Shown here in pieces: positions 1-9,772 of a stretch of DNA of 64,000 nucleotides. The notes beneath the pieces are model-generated. The model saw only the letters and a list, made by a program, of their open reading frames with translations. It ran no database searches and was not told the DNA's origin. Within the stretch, counting starts at the first letter, position 1; each line of letters begins with the position of its first letter. Both the position numbers and the translations under genes were made by a program. The DNA is from an uncultured Methanoregulaceae archaeon (GTDB lineage Archaea > Halobacteriota > Methanomicrobia > Methanomicrobiales > Methanospirillaceae), in assembly GCA_963805035.1 (NCBI GenBank), contig CAWDSU010000001.1, positions 35,465-99,464 on the forward strand. Direction: 5' to 3'.

Positions 1-1191
1 AAGGCACGGGCGGCAGAAGAGATCCGGCTGATTGATGAGAAACTTAGCACCCTTTCCCGGCGCTGGTATCACGAACTGAAGTATCTGAAAAAAATGTTTG
101 AGGATATAAGTGAAGAGCTCCTCGCATTCAACAAGTTCGGCCATTCTGAATATACGTTTGTCGTGATGGGCTGGATCCCGAAAAAATTCCTCGGGCGGAT
201 GAAAAAAGCGGTAAAAAAGACATTCGGGGGGCGGGTGATCATCAGCGAGCTCGTAGTGGGGTCAGAAGAGATGGAGAAGGCGCCCACCTTTTATGACCAT
301 CCACGTTGGGTCAAACCTTTCGAAACGATCATGCAGATGGTCTCCCCTCCGGCGTACCGTGAGGTCGACCCGACTCCGGTGCTTGCGATCTTCTTCCCGT
401 TTTTTTTCGGGCTCATGGTAGGAGACATCGGGTACGGGCTGGTCATTCTCGCCTTTGCTCTGATCGTGAGGGAAAAACTCGGGGCCAATGCCTTTGTAAA
501 AAACATCTCGGAGATCCTGATCATCTCGTCCATTCCGACCATCATATTCGGGTTTCTGTTCGGGGAGTTCTTCGGTGACCTCGGGGAGACGCTGGGCTGG
601 ATCCAGCCAATTCACCTCTTGGGCATCACATGGAACCGCGTGGATGCGATGATCCCTCTTTTGCTTTTTGCCATTACCGTAGGGGTTATCCATGTTTTCC
701 TGGGCCTTGTGATCGGCATTCGCAACGAGATGATCCGGAAGAACAAAAAACACGTTGCAGAAAAAGTAGGGATGCTGATCGTGATCACGGCAATCATCAT
801 CCTCCTCGCGCTGGCCGTGAAGATGATCCCGTCATGGATGATGTATCCCTCCGTGGCCATGGCAATCGTTGCCCTCCTCCTGCTCATCTACGGTGGCGGG
901 GCGCTGGGCACGATGGAGATCATGAGTTCGGTAGGGAACATTTTATCCTACGCAAGGCTGATGGCGATCGGCATGGCATCCGTGATCCTCGCCATCGTGG
1001 CTAACAGGATCGGAGGAGCGATCGGGATCGCGATCATCGGAGTCATCGTCGCAGTGCTCCTGCATACCTTAAATATCATCCTTGCCATGTTCAGCCCGTC
1101 CATCCACTCGATGAGGCTGCACCTTGTGGAGTTCTTCTCCAAGTTCTACGAGGGAGGGGGAGTGGTGTACAAGCCGTTCAAACGGGTCTGA
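1..1191 (+). CDS. atpI: A/V-type ATP synthase subunit I (a), 5'-partial
   Basis: Frame open from base 1; motifs PxYxEVDPT, FFGLMVGDIGYG, LSYARLMAIG (essential Arg), HSMRLHLVEFFSKFYEGGG. Confidence 0.95.
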   Translation, partial: KARAAEEIRLIDEKLSTLSRRWYHELKYLKKMFEDISEELLAFNKFGHSEYTFVVMGWIPKKFLGRMKKAVKKTFGGRVIISELVVGSEEMEKAPTFYDHPRWVKPFETIMQMVSPPAYREVDPTPVLAIFFPFFFGLMVGDIGYGLVILAFALIVREKLGANAFVKNISEILIISSIPTIIFGFLFGEFFGDLGETLGWIQPIHLLGITWNRVDAMIPLLLFAITVGVIHVFLGLVIGIRNEMIRKNKKHVAEKVGMLIVITAIIILLALAVKMIPSWMMYPSVAMAIVALLLLIYGGGALGTMEIMSSVGNILSYARLMAIGMASVILAIVANRIGGAIGIAIIGVIVAVLLHTLNIILAMFSPSIHSMRLHLVEFFSKFYEGGGVVYKPFKRV

Positions 1192-1230
1192 TTCGTGCAG
1201 GTGTATCCACAGCAGGACGAACGGTGGGGT

Positions 1231-1905
1231 TCAGCTCATGCCCTGCATCTTTTGCGCTGCCTTTTCTTTCTGGGCCTTTTTCTTCCTCTCAAGAATCCGC
1301 TTTACCTTTTTTAATCGGAACAGGTCCTCCCGCTCCCGTTCCTCAATTGCGTTCTTGATGTACTTTGCCTGACTTTTCAGCTCGGGGATCAGGACCTGTT
1401 CGAGAGCATTCACCCTCCGCCGGTTCATCTGGATCTCCGCGCCCAGCCTCCTCATGGCAGTCTCGGTTTCCGCAAGCTCGATCAAGAGGTCAAGTTCCGC
1501 TTCAAACCGCTCGGCAGTCTCATCGATCCGCGCGCTGGTGGCAATCACGCCGTAACCTCGTTCGAGCATGCTTTTCGAGACCCGTTTCTTCTCGATCACC
1601 GGCACCGGTACTCCCATGATGTTTTTCCCGGCGATATCTACCGTTATTGCCCGGCGTGTGGCAAACGATGCGGACCGGATCGTAACCGGATCATCAACTG
1701 CCTGTGCTACCAGGAGCGCCAAGTCTGCCGAGCGGGATATCGCATCGAGCTCGTCGCGGGACGTGGAAACCGTGCTAAGGATCTTGAAAAATTCCTGGAT
1801 GAGCGCGTCCATCTTTTCCCGGAGGAGATCCCGGCCCTGCTCGGCAAGCTTGATCTGCGCTTTTTTTTTCATCAGCTCCATCCGGGTAGGCTTGACCTGT
1901 TCCAT
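1231..1905 (-). CDS. atpD: A/V-type ATP synthase subunit D
   Basis: VKPTRMEL N-terminus, NIMGVPVP, RRRVNALEQVLIP, EREREDLFRLK. Confidence 0.95.
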   Translation of the reverse strand: MEQVKPTRMELMKKKAQIKLAEQGRDLLREKMDALIQEFFKILSTVSTSRDELDAISRSADLALLVAQAVDDPVTIRSASFATRRAITVDIAGKNIMGVPVPVIEKKRVSKSMLERGYGVIATSARIDETAERFEAELDLLIELAETETAMRRLGAEIQMNRRRVNALEQVLIPELKSQAKYIKNAIEEREREDLFRLKKVKRILERKKKAQKEKAAQKMQGMS

Positions 1906-1908
1906 CGC

Positions 1909-3313
1909 TCACCGTCCTGGTTCACTGTAAGCAGGATGGTACTTTGCAATAAACTCCGTCTTGATCCGTTTCAGCTCATCTTCGGGAAGGATCGCAAAAA
2001 GATCCCATGCGGTCGAGAGGGTCTTTTCAATGGACCGATCCTCGTCACCCTGCGTGATAAACCGTTTTTCGATTTCATCGGCAAATTTCAGGTATTTCTT
2101 ATCCAGCTCCGTGAGCGCCTCTTCCCCGACAATGGCAACCAGTCTGCGCAAGTCCCTCCCGTAGGCATATGAGGCATACAGCTGATCTGCCACCCCCCGG
2201 TGATCTTCACGGGTTTTCCCGGGGCCAATCCCAAGGTTCATGAGCCGGGAGAGGCAGGGCAGGGCGTCGACCGGCGGGTCCGCACCCCTGCGGAAGAGAT
2301 CTCGCGAGAGCACGATCTGGCCCTCGGTGATATACCCGGTCAGGTCCGGGACCGGGTGAGTGATATCGTCGTCCGGCATGGTCAGAATGGGGATCTGCGT
2401 AATGGACCCGGTCTTTCCCTTAAGCCGGCAGGCCCGCTCATAAATGGATGCGAGGTCGGTGTACATATACCCGGGATACCCGCGCCGTCCGGGCACCTCC
2501 TCGCGTGCCGTTGAGATCTCGCGGAGCGCTTCGCAGTAGTTAATCATGTCCGTCAGGATCACAAGGACGTGGAGGTTATGGGTGAACGCGAGATATTCCG
2601 CGACGGTCAGGCCGCAACGGGGTGCCGCCAGCCGTTCGACCGTGGGATCATCGGCAAGGTTCATGAAGAAGACTACGCGCTCAAGGGCCCCGGTGCTCTC
2701 GAAGTCTCGCATGAAAAAGGAAGCCTCTTTGTGTGTGATCCCCATGGCAACGAACACGACGGCAAACTGTTCTCCCTCACCAAGAACTTTTGCCTGTCGG
2801 GCAATCTGGGCAGCGAGCTTGTTTGCCGGCAACCCCGAGCCGGAGAAGATGGGCAGTTTCTGGCCGCGTACGAGCGTGTTCAACCCGTCGATAGTGGACA
2901 TACCGGTCTGGATGAAATCTGCCCGGTTTGTCCCGGGCCGAGGGATTGATCGGGGTTCCGGCGATATCGAGGATTGCATCCGGGATGATCTCCGGGCCGC
3001 CGTCGCGGGCCTTGCCAACACCGGAAAACACTCTGCCGAGCATGTCGATAGAGACATTGATCCGCGCCGGCTCACCGGTAAACCGGACCTTTGTCACTTG
3101 GGTATCAATTCCCCGGGTGCCCTCGAAAACCTGGATCACGGCAATGTCTTCCGAGATATCCAGTACCTCTCCGGTCCGTTCCTCACCGTCTTTCAGGAAG
3201 ATTCTCACGATCTCCCCGAACGATGCCCCTTTCACGTTGCTAACAAAGATCAGGGGGCCGGAGACATACGTGATCGTCCGGTAATCCCGGGTGAGGAGAG
3301 GTGCTTGCTTCAT
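1909..3313 (-). CDS. atpB: A/V-type ATP synthase subunit B (apparent frameshift near 2923)
   Basis: N-half in ORF 2777..3313 ([11 protein letters not shown]), C-half in ORF 1909..3075 ([27 protein letters not shown]); removing one G in CCGGGC restores RDKPADFIQTG. Confidence 0.93.
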
Positions 3314-5049
3314 TTCTCCACCTCCAAGGCAGTAAGCCTGGTGCTGATATCCCCGATCATCTTTTTGAGGTCGTCCGTGTTCCCGATCTCCTTCATTCGC
3401 CCGATGGCGGTCCTGATCGGGAGACTCTGGATCTGCTTGAGCGTGACGCCGCGATTCATCGCGTCGTTCACCTGTGCATAAAAGGTCATGATCACCTTGA
3501 GCATCAGGTACTGTTTCTCCATGGGGCAGAAAGAGTCCGTGTCGCTGTAGGCACTCTGCTGAAGGAAATCCTCCCGGATCATCCTTGTCACTTCCAGAAT
3601 CGCTTTCTCACTCTCCGGCAGTGCGTCCGGGCCGACCAGCTGGACAATTTCCTGCAGCTCGACTTCCTTCTGGAGCAGGTACATGGTCTTCTCCCGGAGC
3701 TCACGCCAGTCCCTTGCCACGTGTTCCACGTACCAATCTCCGATGCTGTCGAGGTAGAGTGAATAACTTTTGATCCAGTTCACCGAGGGGAAATGTCGGC
3801 GGTACGCGAGGTTGGTGTCCAGTGCCCAGAAGGTTCCGACCACCCGGAGCGTGTTCTGGGTGATAGGCTCGGAGAAATCTCCGCCCGGGGGGGATACAGC
3901 ACCAACAACAGTCACCGACCCGATCCGCTCCCCGGTACATTCACACTCGACTCTGCCCGCCCTCTCGTAAAATGCGGAAAGCCGGGTAGCCAGGTATGCC
4001 GGATAACCCTCCTCACCGGGCATCTCTTCGAGACGCCCGGAAACTTCCCGCAGCGCTTCGCCCCACCGCGAAGTTGAATCCGCCATAAGGGCAACATCGT
4101 ATCCCATGTCCCGGAAGTACTCGGCAATGGTGATGCCGGTGTAAATCGAGGCCTCACGGGCGGCCACCGGCATGTTGGAGGTGTTCGCGATCAGGATGGT
4201 CCGTTCGATCAGCGGGAGGCCGGTCCGCGGGTCGACCAGTTCGGGAAACTCAGCCAGCACATCTGTCATCTCGTTGCCCCGCTCACCGCAGCCGATATAC
4301 ACGACAACCTGTGTGTCCGACCACTTGGCAAGGGTCTGCTCTGACACAGTCTTGCCGGTCCCGAAACCACCCGGGATCATCGCCGTCCCGCCCTTGGTGA
4401 CCGGGAAGATACAGTCGAACACCCGCTGCCCGGTGACAAGGGGAAGAACCGGGTCGAGCTTTTTCCGGATCGGACGGGGGATCCTGACCGGCCAGACCTG
4501 CATCATCGGCAGCCGGGTGTCATTGTCAAGGACGCAGACTGTTTCCTCAACGGTAAAAGAGCCGCTAAGGATTTCCGTTACCATACCAGAGATTCGTGGA
4601 GGGACGAGAATCCGGTGCTCAAAATGGAACTCCCGTACTGTCCCGATCACGTCACCGCCGACCACCTTATCTCCCTTTTTAACAGAGGGGGAAAACTCCC
4701 ATTTTTTCTCCCGCTCAAGGCCCGGGGCGGAGATCCCGCGGGCGATAAAATCCCCGCATTTCGCGAGAAGTACCGGCAGCGGGCGCTGGACGCCGTCGTA
4801 GATGGAGGAGAGAAGGCCCGGCCCGAGCTCGACTGACAGGGGCGTTTCCGTATCCTCGACTTTTTCACCGATGGTGAGACCGGTCGTGTCCTCGTAGACC
4901 TGGATAACCGCCTCGTTACCCTCCAGCCGGATGATCTCTCCCCTGAGCGCTTCTTCCCCGACTTTCACCACGTCATACATCCTCCCCCCTTTCATACCGC
5001 GGGCAATGATAACGGGGCCGGATATCCTCGAAATGGTTCCCTCTCTCAT
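3310..5049 (-). CDS. atpA: A/V-type ATP synthase catalytic subunit A
   Basis: P-loop [41 protein letters not shown]. Confidence 0.97.
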   Translation of the reverse strand: MREGTISRISGPVIIARGMKGGRMYDVVKVGEEALRGEIIRLEGNEAVIQVYEDTTGLTIGEKVEDTETPLSVELGPGLLSSIYDGVQRPLPVLLAKCGDFIARGISAPGLEREKKWEFSPSVKKGDKVVGGDVIGTVREFHFEHRILVPPRISGMVTEILSGSFTVEETVCVLDNDTRLPMMQVWPVRIPRPIRKKLDPVLPLVTGQRVFDCIFPVTKGGTAMIPGGFGTGKTVSEQTLAKWSDTQVVVYIGCGERGNEMTDVLAEFPELVDPRTGLPLIERTILIANTSNMPVAAREASIYTGITIAEYFRDMGYDVALMADSTSRWGEALREVSGRLEEMPGEEGYPAYLATRLSAFYERAGRVECECTGERIGSVTVVGAVSPPGGDFSEPITQNTLRVVGTFWALDTNLAYRRHFPSVNWIKSYSLYLDSIGDWYVEHVARDWRELREKTMYLLQKEVELQEIVQLVGPDALPESEKAILEVTRMIREDFLQQSAYSDTDSFCPMEKQYLMLKVIMTFYAQVNDAMNRGVTLKQIQSLPIRTAIGRMKEIGNTDDLKKMIGDISTRLTALEVEK

Positions 5050-5053
5050 ATCC

Positions 5054-5374
5054 TCACTTCCTCAGGACGATGTTGTATCCGATTGCTTTTCTTAAGAGTC
5101 GTTCAATATAGGATTGCCGGTCGACCTCTTTGGATTTCGAGGGAATGGGGATGATAAGCGGGCGGGCCAGCCGTTCAATACGGGTCATCAGCTTCTCATC
5201 AAGGGACAACATATATTCCTCGTTCACCGCGACAATCCCGATATCATCCTTGTACAGCAGGGGGGGAATCACTTTTTTTGCCTCCTCCAGATTCCTCGCT
5301 TCCAGCACTTCGACTCCTGCGAGCCGGAATCCCGATGCCCGGTCGCTATCGGTCACGACTACGAATTTAAACAT
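5054..5374 (-). CDS. atpF: A/V-type ATP synthase subunit F
   Basis: GFRLAGV motif, 106 aa, C-terminal RKAIG, position between C and A. Confidence 0.92.
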   Translation of the reverse strand: MFKFVVVTDSDRASGFRLAGVEVLEARNLEEAKKVIPPLLYKDDIGIVAVNEEYMLSLDEKLMTRIERLARPLIIPIPSKSKEVDRQSYIERLLRKAIGYNIVLRK

Positions 5375-6422
5375 ATACCAGTTCCTCCTTGAGTTGATCG
5401 AGCGGAAAATCTGCTGTTTTGCACCGGGAGATTATCCGGATGTTGGTGATCTCGTTATACTTGGCCCAGAAGTACCCGATCACCGATGCAACGCTCAGAG
5501 GATCCGAAAAAAAGGCAGCCACGCCTTTTCTGATCAGGTATTTCTCGAGCTGCTTTTCGAGTACGGAGATTTTCCCCATGACAACCGTCTCGGGAATGTC
5601 CGCAAGGAACCTATACGGAGTCGATTCCAGCGCCCGGACTGCTTCGTTCACCGAGTGCAGGGTTAAGAGATGCATCAGATCCTTCACATTCAGTTCCTTT
5701 CCGCCTTCGATCAGGAACTCAAGCGCAATGTCTTCCTTGACATGATCCCGGATCATCCGCAGGATCGTCCTGATGTTCACTACATCGATCTCCGTACCGA
5801 GAATATCGCGGATGAGCGCATTGTTGTAGGACGGTGTCCTGACCATCTCAAGGGCATCCTCGTAATAATACCGGTCCAGCGCGCACTCGAGAATTGCAAG
5901 ATCCCCCTTTTCAGAGAACTCCCTGAAGTGTTTGGTGAGGGGACGCGCATACACGATCTCCCACGTGGCAAGCAGGTCGATCACTGCCCGCACGTCGGGC
6001 TGTTTGATCATCTCGGTGAGGGTCGCCTCATCCAGTTCCCCGGCGGGCACCAGACAATCGAGGATTTCCTCATTGGTAACATGGATGTTTTTTCCCCGGA
6101 GGATTGTCATGATGTTCTGAACATCCCACCGGTGCAGGAAGATCCTGATGTACCGTTCCGCTTCACTGTCTTTAACAAACCTGAGGATTTTCCTAAACGT
6201 GCGGGTGAAATTTGTTCTAAGGGCATAATCAATGCAGAGCACATCGGAGTACATAACCTTGGCCGTAATAATGTCATCCCGGTACGGCGTTTTTTCAAGG
6301 TCTGCGATCAGGGACTCCATGTCCGGCTGGAAAATCAGGTTTTCAAGGGCAGGACGATCCAGCAGGCGACTTTTCATCCCCCGAATCCGTGCATTCACAT
6401 ACCCGTAATCCATCTCAACCAC
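5367..6422 (-). CDS. atpC: A/V-type ATP synthase subunit C (d)
   Basis: YGYVNARIRGMKSRLL N-terminus, KYNEITNIRII C-terminus, operon position. Confidence 0.92.
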   Translation of the reverse strand: MVEMDYGYVNARIRGMKSRLLDRPALENLIFQPDMESLIADLEKTPYRDDIITAKVMYSDVLCIDYALRTNFTRTFRKILRFVKDSEAERYIRIFLHRWDVQNIMTILRGKNIHVTNEEILDCLVPAGELDEATLTEMIKQPDVRAVIDLLATWEIVYARPLTKHFREFSEKGDLAILECALDRYYYEDALEMVRTPSYNNALIRDILGTEIDVVNIRTILRMIRDHVKEDIALEFLIEGGKELNVKDLMHLLTLHSVNEAVRALESTPYRFLADIPETVVMGKISVLEKQLEKYLIRKGVAAFFSDPLSVASVIGYFWAKYNEITNIRIISRCKTADFPLDQLKEELVYV

Positions 6423-6999
6423 CGAACAGGATTGTGTAAATCTCGAGTTTCCGGCGTTCTTTTATCCGCTCCAGCCGCGATTCGACCGTGTTCGAGATCG
6501 TGACCGTTTCGTCCGGATTCGTGATGACGAGCCCCCCCGCAGTGGTGAGATCCGGGATTACAACGGCGGACAAGTTCAGCCCGGCGAGCATGTCCAACGA
6601 GATCTGCTCGTCCCGTTTGTCAACATGAACATGGCATTTCCCGGTCCCCATCGCTCCTGAAGCTTCCCGTGCCAGTTTTTTGAAAATTTCCGGATACGCC
6701 GGATCGGTCCGAATCGACAAAAGGTGCTGTTCTGCCGTAGAGATTGCCTGCGAGAAGATCGCTTCTTTCCTCGTTATCAGCTGCTTCTTCTCCTCAATCT
6801 TCGTAAGGTACATCAGCTTGTTCCTTTCAATCAATGCGGCTTTTTTTGCCTCGTCAAGAGAGGACTGCTGCAGGTCTTTTGCCCGGGCCTCTGCTTCTTC
6901 CAGGATTGCCCGGACCGCGACCCGTGCTCTGGTGCGGAGCTCCTGCTCCCGCTCCCCTGCACTTTCCTCGACGGATTTTAACAAGTTCTCATAGGCCAC
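6415..6999 (-). CDS. atpE: A/V-type ATP synthase subunit E
   Basis: Charged helical N-half, GGLVI...ISNTVESRLE, ends LFGG; operon position. Confidence 0.88.
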   Translation of the reverse strand: MAYENLLKSVEESAGEREQELRTRARVAVRAILEEAEARAKDLQQSSLDEAKKAALIERNKLMYLTKIEEKKQLITRKEAIFSQAISTAEQHLLSIRTDPAYPEIFKKLAREASGAMGTGKCHVHVDKRDEQISLDMLAGLNLSAVVIPDLTTAGGLVITNPDETVTISNTVESRLERIKERRKLEIYTILFGG

Positions 7000-7147
7000 A
7001 GTTTCACCCGCTCACTTCATGGAACTGCATATCAGTACGGTCTGAATACAGATGGCACCCGGTTGTTCCCGGCACGGGAGCCGACAGAAAAAATTGTTGC
7101 AACGAGGGGAACGTACTTGAGATCAACGGACTATCTGTGCGATCCGG

Positions 7148-7369
7148 TTATTGGATCATCAGGATGATCATCGAAGCTACGACAAAGCCCAAGATGACCA
7201 GTGTCTCCGGGATGGCTTCCAAGACGATTATTATACCGGCAGTCTCGGGCTTCTCGGCAATCGTGCCGGCCCCGGCTGCACCAATCCGCGACTGCGCCCA
7301 TCCGGTTCCAATTGCACCTGCGGCAAAAGCAATGGCTGCCCCGATAGGGACTTCCCAGCTGGTAACCAT
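7148..7369 (-). CDS. atpK: A/V-type ATP synthase subunit K (c), single hairpin, 73 aa
   Basis: GWAQSRIGAAGAG..AEKPE..AIPETLVILGFV; GGAGGT RBS just upstream of ATG 7369. Confidence 0.93.
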   Translation of the reverse strand: MVTSWEVPIGAAIAFAAGAIGTGWAQSRIGAAGAGTIAEKPETAGIIIVLEAIPETLVILGFVVASMIILMIQ

Positions 7370-7484
7370 GTGAATGACCTCCTTAATGATAGTATGCTCA
7401 ATGAGACTTCCATATATAGATTTCGCAATGGATGGAGAAATGCGTCTTAAAATATTCAAAATTTAAAAAGTTAAGAAAAACGTT

Positions 7485-7814
7485 TCATTGTGAGCGGATG
7501 AGGATCTGATCGAGCGACAGCAGCATGGCATCGGTCATGTAGTGCTTTTCCCGGATCTCCTTTCCCGCCGCCACCAGGGAATAGATATCCGCGAGGGTTA
7601 ATTTCGAGAACCGGTAGGTGCTCCACCGGGGCCGTTCTATCGACGTCCAGATCTCCCCAAGGGTCTCTTTGAGCACGTCACAGTCTGCCGGGGAGATCGA
7701 ACACCAGTCAGCCCCGATCCGGCGTCGTATCTTGTCCAGTGCATTCTCAACTGCCTTTTCCTTCTGGACCACAAAAACCCTTCTTCCCAGATCGCTATCA
7801 TTGCTGCGGGGCAT
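7485..7814 (-). CDS. Hypothetical protein, 109 aa (paralog of 7995..8324)
   Basis: ATG at 7814 (MPRSNDSDLGRR); gapless similarity to the divergent neighbour. Confidence 0.75.
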   Translation of the reverse strand: MPRSNDSDLGRRVFVVQKEKAVENALDKIRRRIGADWCSISPADCDVLKETLGEIWTSIERPRWSTYRFSKLTLADIYSLVAAGKEIREKHYMTDAMLLSLDQILIRSQ

Positions 7815-7994
7815 AAGGAACCATTGATGGGTGATATCCCCGCCCCAGTTAATAATCATTTCCCGAGTCCGGAACTTTCCCCAAGCGATTTCCTGCTTTC
7901 CACCGCACAGGCCTCCAAGATACCTCCCCACAAAGTTTATCAAGGGAGAACAGAATTGATTCATTATTCCCGGACAGCGGGAAGGGGGGTTGAA

Positions 7995-8324
7995 ATGCCG
8001 GAAGTGTCGCAGGCGGAGATCGGAAGGCGGCTGTATCATGTCAAGCGCGGAAAAAGGGTCGAGAGGGCAATAAAGCTGATACAGCAGGGCCTCGGGCCCG
8101 AATGGAAGTCCCTTACCGAGGAGAAGATCGTCCTCCTCGGGCACCTGCTGCAGTGCACCTGGAACACGATCGATCAGGAGATCTGGGAGAAAATTCCCTT
8201 TGCACATGCCAAAAAAAGTGATATTGATCAGATCCTGTCGTTCGGTGAGGGAGTACGGCCGGGTAAGAACCCGACGCAGGAAGCAGTCGGAGAGATCAGA
8301 AAGATCCTGCTCGCGCTCAACTGA
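7995..8324 (+). CDS. Hypothetical protein, 109 aa (paralog of 7485..7814)
   Basis: ATG at 7995 after a G-rich RBS (MPEVSQAEIGRR); gapless similarity to the divergent neighbour. Confidence 0.78.
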   Translation: MPEVSQAEIGRRLYHVKRGKRVERAIKLIQQGLGPEWKSLTEEKIVLLGHLLQCTWNTIDQEIWEKIPFAHAKKSDIDQILSFGEGVRPGKNPTQEAVGEIRKILLALN

Positions 8325-8603
8325 AATTACCTTTTTCTCGGTGCGATACATTCCATCCAAGAGTGCACGTGCTGTATCCTTTTATGAGGAAAAACGCTGT
8401 AGGGGACTGGAGGGAATAGAGGCGGGCTGTCCCGGGTGCCCGCTGAACATACAGAAACGGCACCGGGACTTGTCCGATAAGGTTAATATCTCGGACGAGT
8501 GCTGAGAGCGATTACCTAAAGATCCATGCAATGATCATCTAACACTCACATGTGCCCGGCCCTGTGCTGGGGGGTTGATGGCACAAATGGCGGGTGGTGA
8601 GGT

Positions 8604-9767
8604 TTATTCTGTCGCTACATTCACACAATCTTCAATCGTCCCGATCCTCGCCTGCCCACCGCACATGTTGGGAACATAGGCAAGTGCCTTGCCGCTGTTG
8701 ACCATGATTGAAGCGTATTGTTCCATCACCGGAGAAACGACCATGCAGGTATCGGCAAAAACACGGGCCCCGCTCTTCTCGATCGAATCCACTATTTTTG
8801 TGTTCCTGTCGATTACGCCCTGAGCAGCAAAGATATAGAGGGGTTTTGTCACGACTTTCCCGGTGAGGAGCCGGGCAATTTCCCCCAGTTCCGCGGGAGA
8901 GCAGTGCGGGCAGCCGACAGCAACGGCATCAACCGGGATCTGCGAAAAAAGCCGGGAGATCTCTGTTCGTTCAACCGCAATTGCTTCGATATCGGAAAGG
9001 TCGTACCGGTTCTTTTGTGACTCCGGGGTGACTCCTTCAACATGGTAAAGCGCCACGGCTCCCGTCGCCGCCATTGCAGCCCCGATTGCCTTGAGCTGGT
9101 CAGGTCCCGGCCGGATGCCCCGGAAATACGGGATCCGGTTACCTACGAGTTTTCCAGCATGGTACCCAAGCGCCCCGTAATCAGCGACACCCCAGCGGGA
9201 GGTGTCGGCGTGGACATCGATAACCATCTGCGGAACCCGGTTTTTTTCGAGGTGCAGCCCGTAACAGGGCGTCTTCCCGATAATCGCGGCTGCAAGGGCG
9301 CTCGGGCCGCCCTCGCGGTTGGTCCGGGCGCCAAGCACAGAGTTTGCATAGCTGACTGCAGATGATTCCGACCATGCGAGGTGATCGCCATACCGGGTTT
9401 CGTACAAATAGTAGGGAGTGCAGGTGCAGTCGAGCCGGACACCCAGCCGTTCGTATGCTGCAACCACAGCCTGCTGCTTCTCTGCAAAGTCCGGTTCGAT
9501 CCCCATCTCCTGCCACCGGGTCCGGGGCATGCCGATCGGGTTGAGCACGGCAGGAACGACCGCCTTTGCATCGAGACTTGCCAGCCAGTCAAGACCATAT
9601 TTTCCTATCGTTTTGTAGGACGCCCCGCTAACCTGGGCACTTTTAATCGGGACTAGCCGTTCGGCACCGAACACCTTCCCGAGCGCAACGAGCAGTTCAA
9701 GCATTTTCTGCCGTGTCTCCCCCTGCTCGCCGGCAAGGATCCGCTCATCGTCAGGGTCGAGCTGCAT
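8604..9767 (-). CDS. Aconitase X catalytic subunit (probable phosphomevalonate dehydratase large subunit)
   Basis: CTCTPY, AWSESSAVSYANSVLGARTNREGGP, GCPHCS, DTCMVVSP, NSGKA; adjacent to ubiD/ubiX. Confidence 0.88.
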   Translation of the reverse strand: MQLDPDDERILAGEQGETRQKMLELLVALGKVFGAERLVPIKSAQVSGASYKTIGKYGLDWLASLDAKAVVPAVLNPIGMPRTRWQEMGIEPDFAEKQQAVVAAYERLGVRLDCTCTPYYLYETRYGDHLAWSESSAVSYANSVLGARTNREGGPSALAAAIIGKTPCYGLHLEKNRVPQMVIDVHADTSRWGVADYGALGYHAGKLVGNRIPYFRGIRPGPDQLKAIGAAMAATGAVALYHVEGVTPESQKNRYDLSDIEAIAVERTEISRLFSQIPVDAVAVGCPHCSPAELGEIARLLTGKVVTKPLYIFAAQGVIDRNTKIVDSIEKSGARVFADTCMVVSPVMEQYASIMVNSGKALAYVPNMCGGQARIGTIEDCVNVATE

Positions 9768-9772
9768 ACCGG

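Noticed and set aside
2546-6503. Long antisense ORFs (2546..3481, 4172..4801, 5670..6503 and similar elsewhere)
   Set aside because: Shadow frames of well-conserved genes in GC-rich DNA, with no motifs of their own.
7485-8360. 291-aa ORF as called in the track
   Set aside because: Its N-terminal 180 aa are the antisense of the real plus-strand gene; the paralog alignment fixes the start at 7814.
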